From: Gracilibacter sp. BRH_c7a
Lineage (GTDB): Bacteria > Bacillota > Desulfitobacteriia > Desulfitobacteriales > Syntrophobotulaceae
Assembly (NCBI GenBank): GCA_001516055.1
Contig: LOEZ01000080.1
Coordinates: 81,091 to 145,090 of the forward strand
Direction of reading: 5' to 3'
DNA: 64,000 nt
Below the pieces are notes generated by a model. It worked only from the letters and a program-made list of their open reading frames with translations, searched no databases and was not told the origin of the DNA. This document shows, piece by piece, positions 40,883 to 50,969 of this stretch; within the stretch, counting starts at the first letter, position 1; each line of letters opens with the position of its first letter. Position numbers and translations under genes: made by a program.

Positions 40883-41029
40883 CTATTCTTCTACCTCTTT
40901 AGCTGATTTCTCATAAATAGTGAGTACCGGCTCATCGGTTAAATCATTACTGCACGTTGGGCATATCCATTCCCTTTCAGAAGCAGAATATGAATACTCT
41001 TTGCACCGGGGGCAATACTTTCTGAACAT
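40883..41029 (-). CDS. Small zinc-ribbon protein (48 aa), absent from the ORF track
   Basis: Translation: MFRKYCPRCKEYSYSASEREWICPTCSNDLTDEPVLTIYEKSAKEVEE. CPRC...CPTC pair. AGGAAG lies 8 nt upstream of the ATG. Confidence 0.45.
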   Translation of the reverse strand: MFRKYCPRCKEYSYSASEREWICPTCSNDLTDEPVLTIYEKSAKEVEE

Positions 41030-41191
41030 ACAGTCATCTTCCTCTCATTTACTGAATTAAGCAGATACTGTACCACTACAGTTATTCAAACATTATCTCC
41101 AATAATCATTTCGTTTTTTACCCCAAAACCATATCTTTATATATTATTTATTTCTATTAGCTTACAACTAAAAAAATTACTACGATCATCT

Positions 41192-41227
41192 AATAAAAGA
41201 GGATGCCTCGGTTGAGACATCCTCTTT
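41192..41227 (-). terminator. Rho-independent terminator of the chemoreceptor gene
   Basis: AAAGAGGATG / CATCCTCTTT stem. On the minus strand it is followed by TTATT. Confidence 0.65.
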
Positions 41228-41266
41228 GGACTGCTTTAGTTATATTTAGATGTATTAAATCTTAGT

Positions 41267-43000
41267 CTACAGTTTAAACTTTTTTACTTGGGTATTTAAG
41301 CTTTGGGCCAACTCTGCTTGAGTCTGTGCAACTTTTGATACCTGATCCATAGCTTTAGAGGTCTCACCAATATTATTCGCTATATCTTGCGAGCTGCTTG
41401 TTGCCTCTTCCACAGATGCGGCAACAGTCTCTATTGCTCTGGTTACCTGTTCGATCGAAGCTGACATCTGCTCTGTAGTAGAAGCAAAGTCTCCAACAAG
41501 CCTTCCTATTGTTTCTGCATCCTTGGCATACTGTGTACCGATGTCGACCATGGTATCGTAATCAGGAGTTACTTTTTCATCGATAAAAGTTAGTATCTCC
41601 GACGAATTTTTGGAAAGATTCTTGAAGGCATTTTGAACTTTGACTATAACAGGTTGGATGCCTATAACGGTGTTGGCAGACTGTTCAGCTAATTTTCTCA
41701 CTTCCTCTGCTACCACAGCAAATCCTCTGCCTTGTTCTCCTGCCCGAGCAGCTTCGATCGCTGCATTAAGTGCCAATAAGTTTGTTTGCTCGGCGATATC
41801 GGAAATCGTTTGAGCCATCGACTCAATTTCCTGTACAACTTCCCCTTCTTTGATGGACTGAGTGATACCAACTTGTTTCTCTTGATAAATTTGATTGGCC
41901 ATTTCCTTGGAAGACTGAGCATCGGAACTCATCTTTTCAGCCCGTATTTCAATTTCTTTCACAATTTGACTGCCTTCGCTGGCTCTTTCAGCAAGCTCAT
42001 TAGCCCCTTTCTGCATTTCGACACCTGAAGCCATGACTTCTTCCGTAGAAGCTGAGGTCTCTTCCATCCCGGCTGCAATCTCTTGAGTTGCAGCACTGAC
42101 ACTCTGTCCTTGAGCTGTTACTTCTTCCGCAGATGCAGATAATTCCTCACTAGAAGCACTCATATCTTCTGCTGTATCCAGAACCTGACGAAAGAGATTT
42201 CTTAAGTTAAGGGTAATCTCATCAAAAGCCCGAGATAAGACCCCAATTTCATCTTTTCTGTCTAAATATACCGCTGAGACATCATTAGAAAAATCGCCTT
42301 GTGCCAACAACTTTGCATGTTCCACAGAAGCGATAATTGGACGACTGATAATTCGTCCAATTAACAGGCTGAAAGTAATCCCCAAGATCACACCAAAAAC
42401 AGACAGAATCAGCATTAAAAAGCGTGCAGATCTATCCACATCTTTAGCTTGCTGTCCAAGGTTATCTGTGTAAATATTGGCTTGTTCTTCAAGGCTAACT
42501 ATTAGTGCCCTTGTCTTATCACCTTCCAAGTGTATCTGGTCAATTTACTGAACTGCCTGAGCATAATTGCCTATTTGGACATACTGAATAGCTTGGTTGC
42601 GTATCTCCCTATAGTTCACAATACTTTCTTCGTATTCTGTCAGTAACTCCTTCTCTTTGTCATTGAGGTCATGTTGTTTAAATTCTTCAAATAACTCGTT
42701 GTTCTCCTGTCCAAGCTGGTCAATCTTTGCCTTTGCATTTTCTATTGATGTTTGGTTCTGAGTAACTTGGGACGCCCAAATAATTCCCTCTAATTCAATC
42801 TCTGATAGAAGAAGATTTTGATCGGCATGATTTAAGAGCCCAATCTGTTCAATACCTTGACTATTAATCAAATCAATGTTCTCATTAATCCTATCTAAGC
42901 TGATAATCCCTATAACTCCTACTACACCGATCATTAAAGCAATCAACATGAAGCTTAGCAAGAGCTTGTTCTTAATCTGCATATTAATAAACCATTTCAT
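41267..43000 (-). pseudogene. Methyl-accepting chemotaxis protein (4HB sensor-HAMP-MA) interrupted by one in-frame TAA
   Basis: ORFs 42545-43000 (TM1 plus sensor helix bundle) and 41267-42529 (TM2, HAMP, signalling domain with [33 protein letters not shown]) share one frame. They are separated only by a TAA at 42545-42547. Confidence 0.8.
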
Positions 43001-43398
43001 ATTATGTATTTCTTCCTTTCCATCTATTTAAAAGCTTCTGATATTTTCCTTATCGTAGTTTGTTTCCTTTTTCTTTATAATGTAATATACTTCTAAAATT
43101 CGATAAGATCATACACGCTAGTATATATTTCTTAACATGATTTAACTAATATTATATAATGAATTAGTGAAATTATATAATTGTTTACTTTCTATACCTC
43201 GAAAATAAGAGCTTTAAGACATAAAAAAGTTGCAAAAATTTAATTTTTAAGATGGTTATAAGCGTATTTTCATACTGAAAAAATCATTAAGTTAATTAAA
43301 CGTTACATTAGACCTAAAAAATAACTATAAATTCCTGATTATCTCGTATTATAATAGGAGAAACTACTTATTTATAATAAAAGAAGGAGGGTTAGTAA

Positions 43399-44271
43399 TT
43401 GAATAGTACAATACATTCCAGTGCCGTTATCGCTCAAAGTGCTGTTATAGAGGATAAAGTTAAGATTGCGCCCTTCTGCGTCATCGGAGAGGACACCGTG
43501 ATCGGGGAAGGGACTATCCTAGGTTCAGGCTGCGTCCTTGGAGAAGGTATTAAAATCGGAGCCAATTCTCGCCTTGGTAATCATGTTACCTTAGATAAAC
43601 AGGTAACTTTAGATAAGGAAGTGACCATAGGAGACCATACCGCTGTCTATTCCGGAACTGACATTGGAGAAGGTACATATATAGGAAGTAACTCATCTAT
43701 CGGCAGACCACCCAGAGCTGCCTCCACAAGCACAGTCAAAAACCTGGGTGATTTATCCCCACTTACAGTTGGCAGCCGGAGTATTATAGGGTGCTCAGCT
43801 GTCCTATATGCGGGGACAGTCCTTGGTGAAGCTGTATTCGTCGGAGACAGGGCACTCATCCGGGAACGCTGTGTTCTAGGGCCTAAGGTCGTGGTAGGAA
43901 GTGGTTGCGCTGTTGAGAATGACACTATGATAGGGGCTTATACCAAGATTCAAACAGGTTCTTATATTACTGCCTATATGGAGATTGAGGAGAGAGTCTT
44001 CATCGCTCCCATGGTAACTACCACCAATGATAACTATATGGGTAGAACAGAGAAACGTTTTCAATATATTAAAGGGGCAACTATTAGAAGAGGGGCACGC
44101 ATCGGTGGGGGAGCCATACTTCTGCCCAGTGTAGAAATAGGGGAAGAGACCTTTGTAGCGGCAGGAGCCCTAGTCACTAAAGATACACCTTCCGCTAAAA
44201 TGGTTAAAGGTTTTCCAGCTAGAATTGTAAAAAACGTACCGGAAGAAGAACTGGTAAAAAATAACGATTAA
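43399..44271 (+). CDS. Hexapeptide-repeat (left-handed beta-helix) acetyltransferase, WbpD/PglD-type role
   Basis: TTG start behind GAAGGAGGG. Continuous hexapeptide repeats over 290 aa. Confidence 0.78.
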   Translation: MNSTIHSSAVIAQSAVIEDKVKIAPFCVIGEDTVIGEGTILGSGCVLGEGIKIGANSRLGNHVTLDKQVTLDKEVTIGDHTAVYSGTDIGEGTYIGSNSSIGRPPRAASTSTVKNLGDLSPLTVGSRSIIGCSAVLYAGTVLGEAVFVGDRALIRERCVLGPKVVVGSGCAVENDTMIGAYTKIQTGSYITAYMEIEERVFIAPMVTTTNDNYMGRTEKRFQYIKGATIRRGARIGGGAILLPSVEIGEETFVAAGALVTKDTPSAKMVKGFPARIVKNVPEEELVKNND

Positions 44272-44355
44272 TAAACTAGAAATTACTACCCATAATATAT
44301 GTTCTTTTCAGTGCTATTGAAATAAACTGATAGAGAGTGTACCCTGATTATAAGA

Positions 44356-44403
44356 GCCGCTTCATGCCATCCCTGGCACCGCGGCATTAGGCCATCCGTG
44401 GCC
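44356..44403. repeat. GC-rich structured element, copy 2 (48-nt core only)
   Basis: About 90% identical to 21129-21176: GCCGC...GCCA-TCCC-TGGC...GCGGC-ATTA-GGCCA-TCCG-TGGCC. It sits 20 nt upstream of the aminotransferase start. Confidence 0.6.
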
Positions 44404-44424
44404 GTCAGAAAGGAAGGGAAGAGA

Positions 44425-45537
44425 ATGGCTATTCCACTTTTAGATTTAAAAGCACAGTATTTATCAATTAAAGAAGAGATAGATAATGCAGTAATGGGAG
44501 TTCTTGATTCCTGCAAATTCATACTTGGACCCGAAGTAAAAGCATTGGAAGATGAAATCTCAGCCTACTGCGGAACCAAGCATGCTATAGCTGTTGCCAA
44601 CGGTACGGATGCCCTGGTTCTTGCCCTCCAGGCATGCAAAATCGGTCCTGGAGATGAAGTAATCACCAGTCCTTTTACTTTCTTCGCTTCAGCGGAGACT
44701 ATTGCCAATGTAGGAGCTACCCCTGTTTTTGTAGATATTGATCCGGTAACCCTCAATCTAGATATCGATAAGATAGAAAAAAAGATTACACCAAGGACCA
44801 AAGCTATAATCCCTGTTCATATATTTGGCCAAATGGTAGACATGGATAGATTGATGAAGCTTGCTGAAAGGTACAGGCTTAGGATTATTGAGGATTCCGC
44901 TCAAGCTATTGGAGCAGAATATAACGGAAGAAAGGCTGGTTCCATCGGAGATGCGGGGACATTCAGCTTCTTTCCAACAAAGAATCTTGGTGGTTATGGT
45001 GATGGTGGGATGGTCATTACCAGTGATGATGCCATCGCCGAAAAAATTCGGATGCTTAGGTTTCATGGTTGTAAAAATAAATACTATCATGATGAGGTCG
45101 GTTACAACAGCCGCCTAGATGAGATTCAGGCTTCTATCCTCAGAGTTAAGTTCCGTTACCTTGATCAATGGAACCAAAGCCGCAGGGAAAAAGCGGAATA
45201 CTATGACAGGCTTCTAGATCCATTAATCCATCAGGGTAAACTTACTGTTCCCGGAAAAGACCCGAATGCTCTCCCTGTCTATCATCTCTATGTTCTGCGA
45301 TCCGATGAGCGTGAAAAAATAGCTATTGACCTGAATGAGAAAGATATAGCTTGTGGCATATATTACCCACTACCACTTCATCTACAGAACGCTTTTGCTT
45401 ACCTAGGTTATAAACTTGGTGACTTACCAATAGCGGAAGAAGCCTGTACCCAAGCCTTAGCCATTCCCTGCTACCCTGAACTTACCACGGAACAGCAGGA
45501 GGAGATTGTCCAGATTATATTTGCAGCTTTAGACTAG
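44425..45537 (+). CDS. DegT/DnrJ/EryC1/StrS-family PLP aminotransferase (WbpE-like)
   Basis: ATG 44425 behind AAGGAAGGGAAG. IPLLDLKAQY N-terminus and FSFFPTKNLG (PLP lysine). Confidence 0.88.
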   Translation: MAIPLLDLKAQYLSIKEEIDNAVMGVLDSCKFILGPEVKALEDEISAYCGTKHAIAVANGTDALVLALQACKIGPGDEVITSPFTFFASAETIANVGATPVFVDIDPVTLNLDIDKIEKKITPRTKAIIPVHIFGQMVDMDRLMKLAERYRLRIIEDSAQAIGAEYNGRKAGSIGDAGTFSFFPTKNLGGYGDGGMVITSDDAIAEKIRMLRFHGCKNKYYHDEVGYNSRLDEIQASILRVKFRYLDQWNQSRREKAEYYDRLLDPLIHQGKLTVPGKDPNALPVYHLYVLRSDEREKIAIDLNEKDIACGIYYPLPLHLQNAFAYLGYKLGDLPIAEEACTQALAIPCYPELTTEQQEEIVQIIFAALD

Positions 45538-45547
45538 GTATTAACTG

Positions 45548-45591
45548 GAGAACCGTCCTGCAGTAAAGAAAAGAACCGTCCCTGACTTTAC
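45548..45591 (-). repeat. Hairpin repeat locus 3 (reverse orientation, one degenerate plus one good copy)
   Basis: GAGAACCGTCCTGCAGTAAAG (45548-45568) and AAGAACCGTCCCTGACTTTAC (45571-45591), 11 nt after the aminotransferase stop. Confidence 0.8.
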
Positions 45592-45611
45592 TCTTTAAAG
45601 GTGGTTGGTAG

Positions 45612-46787
45612 ATGAGAGTTCTAGTGATATCGCATTTGTATCCTTCTTCTATAAATCCCACGTATGGGATCTCCGTTCATAAACAGGTTAATGCTTTGAA
45701 GAATCAAGGATGTGAAGTTAAAGTACTTGCGCCTGTTCCATTTACCCCTTGGCCTCTTCCCCTTTTGCGGAAGAAATGGGAGGACTATGCCAATACTCCT
45801 CGTAAAGATTTCATAGCAGGTTTGGAAGTTCTTTACCCTCGTTACTTGGTATTCCCACGTTCTTTACTGCTGGAGTATTCTGGAATCTTCATGTATCTGG
45901 GACTCAGGAAAATCATACATAGAATCTACGAAGAATTCCCATTTGACCTTATCCATGCTCATGTAGCCTTACCTGATGGACAAGCAGCCTATTATTTGAG
46001 AAAGAAATACAATGTCCCTATCGTAGTAACCATCCACGGCCAGGATTTTCAGTCTACTATTAACAAAAGCTTGAATTGTCGTAAATCATTATTCAAACTC
46101 TTAAGCTCAGCCGATAAAATAATTACAGTTAGCACGAAGCTTAAAAATTTAGTCATAGACCAACCTTTTAGTTCGAAAATAACAGTTATTAATAATGGCA
46201 TAGATTCAGAACATCTTTCAGATACTCTACCGAAGACTGTTCATAACGGCAAAAGAATTATAAGCATTTCCAATCTTAATAAAACCAAAGGAATAGACCT
46301 GAATCTGGGAGCTATGTCTTCTTTGGTCAGGGAATATCCTGGCCTTGAGTATTACATTGTAGGTGACGGAGAAGAAAGAAATAACCTGGAAACCTTGAGG
46401 GATCAATTAAACCTTAATGATAACGTCTTTTTCTTAGGGAGGTTGGACCATCAGCAAGCTATGCTTAAGCTTACCGAAGCCGATATCTTTTGCCTCCCGT
46501 GCTGGCAAGAGGGTTCTGAACTAGCGTATATTGAAGCAATGTCTCTCGGTAAACCAATAATAGCCGTAGAAGGAATCTCGGATATTGTGCACCATAATCA
46601 CAATGGATTATTAGTCAAACCTCAGGATGTTGATGATGTTATCCAAGCCCTAGGTACTCTCATACGTAATCCTGCTCAAGCCATATCACTAGGGGAGGCA
46701 GGGAGGAAGACGGTATTAGAAGGACTAACATGGAAAGATAATGCCCGTAAAACGAGAGAAATATATAGGCAGCTTCTAACTAACTAG
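45612..46787 (+). CDS. Glycosyltransferase family 4 (GT-B)
   Basis: MRVLVISHLYP start. The C-terminal region matches the EX7E pattern (QEGSELAYIEAMSLGKP). Confidence 0.8.
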   Translation: MRVLVISHLYPSSINPTYGISVHKQVNALKNQGCEVKVLAPVPFTPWPLPLLRKKWEDYANTPRKDFIAGLEVLYPRYLVFPRSLLLEYSGIFMYLGLRKIIHRIYEEFPFDLIHAHVALPDGQAAYYLRKKYNVPIVVTIHGQDFQSTINKSLNCRKSLFKLLSSADKIITVSTKLKNLVIDQPFSSKITVINNGIDSEHLSDTLPKTVHNGKRIISISNLNKTKGIDLNLGAMSSLVREYPGLEYYIVGDGEERNNLETLRDQLNLNDNVFFLGRLDHQQAMLKLTEADIFCLPCWQEGSELAYIEAMSLGKPIIAVEGISDIVHHNHNGLLVKPQDVDDVIQALGTLIRNPAQAISLGEAGRKTVLEGLTWKDNARKTREIYRQLLTN

Positions 46788-46815
46788 TTAATAGCAACTA
46801 GCACTAAATGATTTT

Positions 46816-48165
46816 TTGGGGGGAACAGAATTGGAACAATGGATTATCTTTGGTTTAACAATAGTAGTTCTGTTATTATTAATGGTATTGAAGCCCTCGT
46901 GGCTGGTTCCTTTACTCGTTTTTGCAGTAGCCCTAGAGATCTCCATTACTTGGTATCCTGACTTTGGCAGAATCGGAGAAATGCTCGGGATGGTATCTCT
47001 GGCGAAACTAACCAGTTTTGCTTTAATTCTTGCTGCTTTCTCTCGGGTACTTTTTCTGGAAGAGATGCGTCGTAAACTGAGTGCCGTTTTTCGAGACCCC
47101 CTGACCATAATGCTCACGTTGTTTCTTGTTCTAGGTGCCGCCAGTGTTGTATATTCTGCCGATCCTGGTAAGACTGTAGGAGAGACGGTAAGACTTCTGG
47201 TCCTATTCGCTGTCTTTATCTCCTGTGCACTTCTTTTGGATAAAGAAAAGACAATCATGGGATTTAGGGTTCTTCATCTAACAGCACTGGCTATAGCTCC
47301 TTTGACGTTCTATGAAGGCTTTACCGGTAATTTAATTTGGCAGGGTGAAAACCTCTTGCGTGAAGAAACGTTGAGAGTGAATGCCACCTTTATTGACCCC
47401 AATATTTTTGCCCGCTACATTATCCTCGGTATCGTATCGAATTTAGTGTTACAACTCCAAGTTAGAGATAAGGGAATTAAACTTGCCTATATGGCAAGCC
47501 TGGCTATCCTGCTCGCTCAATTGGCGTTTACTGCTTCCCGTGGCGGACTACTTACCGTAGTGGCAATCCTAATCGTAGCTCTGATAATATTGCCGAATAG
47601 AAAAGCGGTTTTATGGGTCTTAGGATTGGGAGCTCTTTTAGGACTTCTTGTTGTATTTCTGCAACCGGAAATGCTGACCAGGATACTTTCGATATTTCAG
47701 AACCCCGAAGTATCCAATCCACAGCGGTTGTATCTATGGAAGGTCGCAATAGCGATATTCCAGGATCATACCATTACAGGTACAGGCTTAGGAACTTTTC
47801 AAACCGTGTTTCTCAGTGATTATGCTCAGATGCAGACCGTTGAAGGAGCTACCCTTTCTCATACGACCGTCTTAACCATTGCAGCAGAACTAGGGGTAAT
47901 CGGACTGACCGTTTTGGGTCTGATTTGGATCGCCCTACTTGGAAAATTGATCAGTCTTTATAGTTCAAGTCATTCTTACCAAAACCTCTTTCACGATGAT
48001 GGTAACGAATATTATATCGGAGCAGGCTCATTTCTTTGGGCACTAACAGTTTTCATCAGTTCCCAAGGAGAAGGAAGGTTTTTTGAAGATCCAATCTTCT
48101 GGTTGAGCTGTGCAATCCTTGTAACCCTCAAGTTTGCTAGAGAATATAATGTGAAACTTAGTTAA
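46816..48165 (+). CDS. O-antigen polymerase/ligase-like membrane protein (Wzy family)
   Basis: 449 aa, more than 10 TM helices, with a large loop containing the SRGG motif typical of Wzy_C proteins. Confidence 0.7.
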   Translation: MGGTELEQWIIFGLTIVVLLLLMVLKPSWLVPLLVFAVALEISITWYPDFGRIGEMLGMVSLAKLTSFALILAAFSRVLFLEEMRRKLSAVFRDPLTIMLTLFLVLGAASVVYSADPGKTVGETVRLLVLFAVFISCALLLDKEKTIMGFRVLHLTALAIAPLTFYEGFTGNLIWQGENLLREETLRVNATFIDPNIFARYIILGIVSNLVLQLQVRDKGIKLAYMASLAILLAQLAFTASRGGLLTVVAILIVALIILPNRKAVLWVLGLGALLGLLVVFLQPEMLTRILSIFQNPEVSNPQRLYLWKVAIAIFQDHTITGTGLGTFQTVFLSDYAQMQTVEGATLSHTTVLTIAAELGVIGLTVLGLIWIALLGKLISLYSSSHSYQNLFHDDGNEYYIGAGSFLWALTVFISSQGEGRFFEDPIFWLSCAILVTLKFAREYNVKLS

Positions 48166-48218
48166 CGCATCAAAAGAACATCCTAATAGTGATATTTATA
48201 ATGAAGAAGTGATTTTCA

Positions 48219-49646
48219 TTGAACACCCGCTTAATAGCTAAAAATGCAACAGCTTTAGGGGTTGCAGGTGTTTTAGCCAAAGCCATATCAGCAGTAGTAG
48301 GAATCTTCGTTACCCGATATTTAGGGCCGGGACCGTTTGGAGATTACGCTGCTGCTTATGCCTATGTAGGAACATTTATTCTATTTAGTGAGATAGGAAT
48401 CAGCCAGCTTATGGTCCAGGAAGGATCGAGAGATCAGACTGTTATCCCTAAATACTTTGGCAATACACTATTATCAAAAACCATCATCGCTGTTTTTATC
48501 TATCTCCTCATGCTTATCCTCATGGTTCCGGCTGGGTATGATTCTACAGTCAAGAGCATGATCATCATCTTGGGAATCGCAGTAGGTTTTAATGCCATTA
48601 ACCAATCAGTCTATAATTATTATCAGACAAAACAGCAAATGTATCTCTCCGCTGGCTTTCAGCTCCTTACCACTGTTCTTATAGGTGGACTTACAGTCCT
48701 TGTCATTCTAGGCGGGCTTGGTGTTGTTGCCATAACTGCTACTCACTTAGCCAGCTACATCTTTACAAGTCTTCTTTTGTACCTCGCTCTTAGAAGAAAA
48801 GCTGAACCGAAGGTAGATTTCCCTCAACTTCCTCAAATGGTTAAGCGTGGATTACCATTTGGTATTCACCGTATTTTTTATAACATGTACTTTCAAATGA
48901 GCATTCTGATGCTTTCCCTATTAACTAGCAATGTAGAAGTTGGGGTATACTCTGCAGCTTTTAAACTCGTCTTGATGCTCATTTTTTTACCTAGCCTTAT
49001 GGCCAGTGCCATTTATCCCGTGCTCTTTCAGCTTGGGGTAACCGACAAGGGTAAACATCAAGAAACGATTGAGAAATTCTTTAAGTTTTTGTGTGCAGTA
49101 GGAATACCCATTAGCTTACTGCTTTTCGTTTTAGCAGAACCGATTATGATTTGGCTCTATGATGGGAAATTCAATGACTCCATCCCCATTATGATGATTG
49201 TGTGTTGGTTCTTTATGTTAGAATGTATGAGCTTTGCTCTCGGCGACATTCTGACAACGACCAATCGACAGTGGCTTCGGACAGCTATTCAAGGATCAGG
49301 CATCGTACTGCTGTTTATCCTTATCCTTCTGCTCTACCCTATAATAGGGATATATGGGGCAGCGTATGGGATGATTATCGTTGAAGCCCTGATATTTATA
49401 AGTTACTATGCAGTTGTACGCTTGAAGGTTTATAAAATAAGATTATGGAGGCACCTTACTGTTGTCATCATCGCATCAGCAGTAATGGGTATAGCCGCCT
49501 ATGCTTTATATAATTTCCATCCGGTTTTATCTTCGTTCTTAGCCGGAATTCTCTATTTGTTTGTTTTAATTATCTGGGACCGTGATTTTCGAAAGGTCGG
49601 TACATATGCCTTAAGGTCAGTACTTTCCTTGGTTGGAAGATCATAA
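48219..49646 (+). CDS. Polysaccharide flippase (Wzx, MOP superfamily)
   Basis: 475 aa, about 12-14 TM helices. N-terminus of the KNATALGVAGVLAKAISAVVGIFVTRYLGP type. Confidence 0.75.
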   Translation: MNTRLIAKNATALGVAGVLAKAISAVVGIFVTRYLGPGPFGDYAAAYAYVGTFILFSEIGISQLMVQEGSRDQTVIPKYFGNTLLSKTIIAVFIYLLMLILMVPAGYDSTVKSMIIILGIAVGFNAINQSVYNYYQTKQQMYLSAGFQLLTTVLIGGLTVLVILGGLGVVAITATHLASYIFTSLLLYLALRRKAEPKVDFPQLPQMVKRGLPFGIHRIFYNMYFQMSILMLSLLTSNVEVGVYSAAFKLVLMLIFLPSLMASAIYPVLFQLGVTDKGKHQETIEKFFKFLCAVGIPISLLLFVLAEPIMIWLYDGKFNDSIPIMMIVCWFFMLECMSFALGDILTTTNRQWLRTAIQGSGIVLLFILILLLYPIIGIYGAAYGMIIVEALIFISYYAVVRLKVYKIRLWRHLTVVIIASAVMGIAAYALYNFHPVLSSFLAGILYLFVLIIWDRDFRKVGTYALRSVLSLVGRS

Positions 49647-49730
49647 TCATTGGTTTAGAAATCATTATAAGTATTGTTTGGAAAAATAATTTGGAGTACT
49701 AAGAAAGGACCCCATTAAGAATAGGAAAGA

Positions 49731-50969
49731 GTGAAACTTTTGTCCAGATTACGTGTTCTGATTGTCACCAGTTGGTATCCAAATAAAACTAACCCTATCT
49801 ATGGAACCTTCGTCCGAGAACAGGCACAGGCCTTAGCAAAAAATCACGACGTTGAGGTTGCTTTGTTCTACCCTTCTGACCCTGAAGTTCAGACCAAGGC
49901 AAGACAAGAGAACAGTTCTGCTGCCTCCGGTAGTCTCACCGTCTCCGGAGAAGTCGTCTCACGTCTGGAGGAAGGAGTCAAAACCTATCGAGCGAACTTA
50001 AGATTTAGTGGTAATCCTCTTAAATATTTAAAAGGGGGCTTCCTGGCCGGGCGAGAGCTAAAAAAAATTATCCGTTTATTCAAACCCGATATCATTCATG
50101 TTCACGTCTCTTTTCCCGCAGGAATTCTTACAGACTTTGCCACACTCGGAATGTCGATTCCCTATGTCATCACGGAACATATGTCTTATCTTCAGGAATA
50201 TACAGATAAACCGCCTTATAGAATACTTCTTAAACATGCCTTTGAAAGAGCAGCTAAAGTACTAGTCGTCAGTCCTTTCCTGGCAACTCAATTTCAGTCA
50301 TTGAACTGGAAAGTGAGTCCTGAATATTTCCCGAATGTAGTTGATACATCTCGGTTTCAATTAAGTATTAACGAACCAAAAAATAAGAAAGCGGACGCTG
50401 TTAATATTCTCTTTATCGGGGGGATGGATCAGCGGGAGGTGAAAGGACTGCAGTATCTCCTTCCGGCCTTTGCTGAGGTATATAAGGAATTTGCTGAAGT
50501 ACACCTGGAATCCAGGGACAATAAAAAACCCCATCTTCATTTGGTTGGAGATGGAGAGAAAAGGTCTGCTTATGAACAGCTAGTTCAGGATCTAGGGATG
50601 TCTGATCACTGTACTTTTTATGGGGCACTGCCCCCAGAGGACATGCCTCAAATGTATAATCAATGTGATTTCTTAGTGTTGTCTTCTTTGAAAGAAACAT
50701 TTGGGGTGGTACTGATTGAAGCCTGTGCCTGCGGGAAACCGGTTGTCTCTACCGCTTGTGGCGGGCCGGAAACAATTGTAACGGATGAAGTCGGCATACT
50801 CGTAGAGAAGGAAAACATCCAAGCACTCGCAGAGGGCTTAAGACAAATGACAAACAGCTATAAAGACTATTCGCCTGAAGCCATTAGAACTTATGCTGTA
50901 AATAATTATAGCTCCCAAGTTATATCCCAAAAGCTAATCTCCTTGTATCAAAAAGTCATTTCCTCTTAA
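49731..50969 (+). CDS. Glycosyltransferase family 4
   Basis: LRVLIVTSWYP start and C-terminal EX7E-like ETFGVVLIEACACGKP. Confidence 0.8.
   Translation: MKLLSRLRVLIVTSWYPNKTNPIYGTFVREQAQALAKNHDVEVALFYPSDPEVQTKARQENSSAASGSLTVSGEVVSRLEEGVKTYRANLRFSGNPLKYLKGGFLAGRELKKIIRLFKPDIIHVHVSFPAGILTDFATLGMSIPYVITEHMSYLQEYTDKPPYRILLKHAFERAAKVLVVSPFLATQFQSLNWKVSPEYFPNVVDTSRFQLSINEPKNKKADAVNILFIGGMDQREVKGLQYLLPAFAEVYKEFAEVHLESRDNKKPHLHLVGDGEKRSAYEQLVQDLGMSDHCTFYGALPPEDMPQMYNQCDFLVLSSLKETFGVVLIEACACGKPVVSTACGGPETIVTDEVGILVEKENIQALAEGLRQMTNSYKDYSPEAIRTYAVNNYSSQVISQKLISLYQKVISS

Noticed and set aside
46788-47258. 156-aa minus-strand ORF
   Set aside because: It is entirely antisense to the start of the Wzy-like membrane gene. 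Its composition is low-complexity and R/S/T-rich, and it has no RBS.
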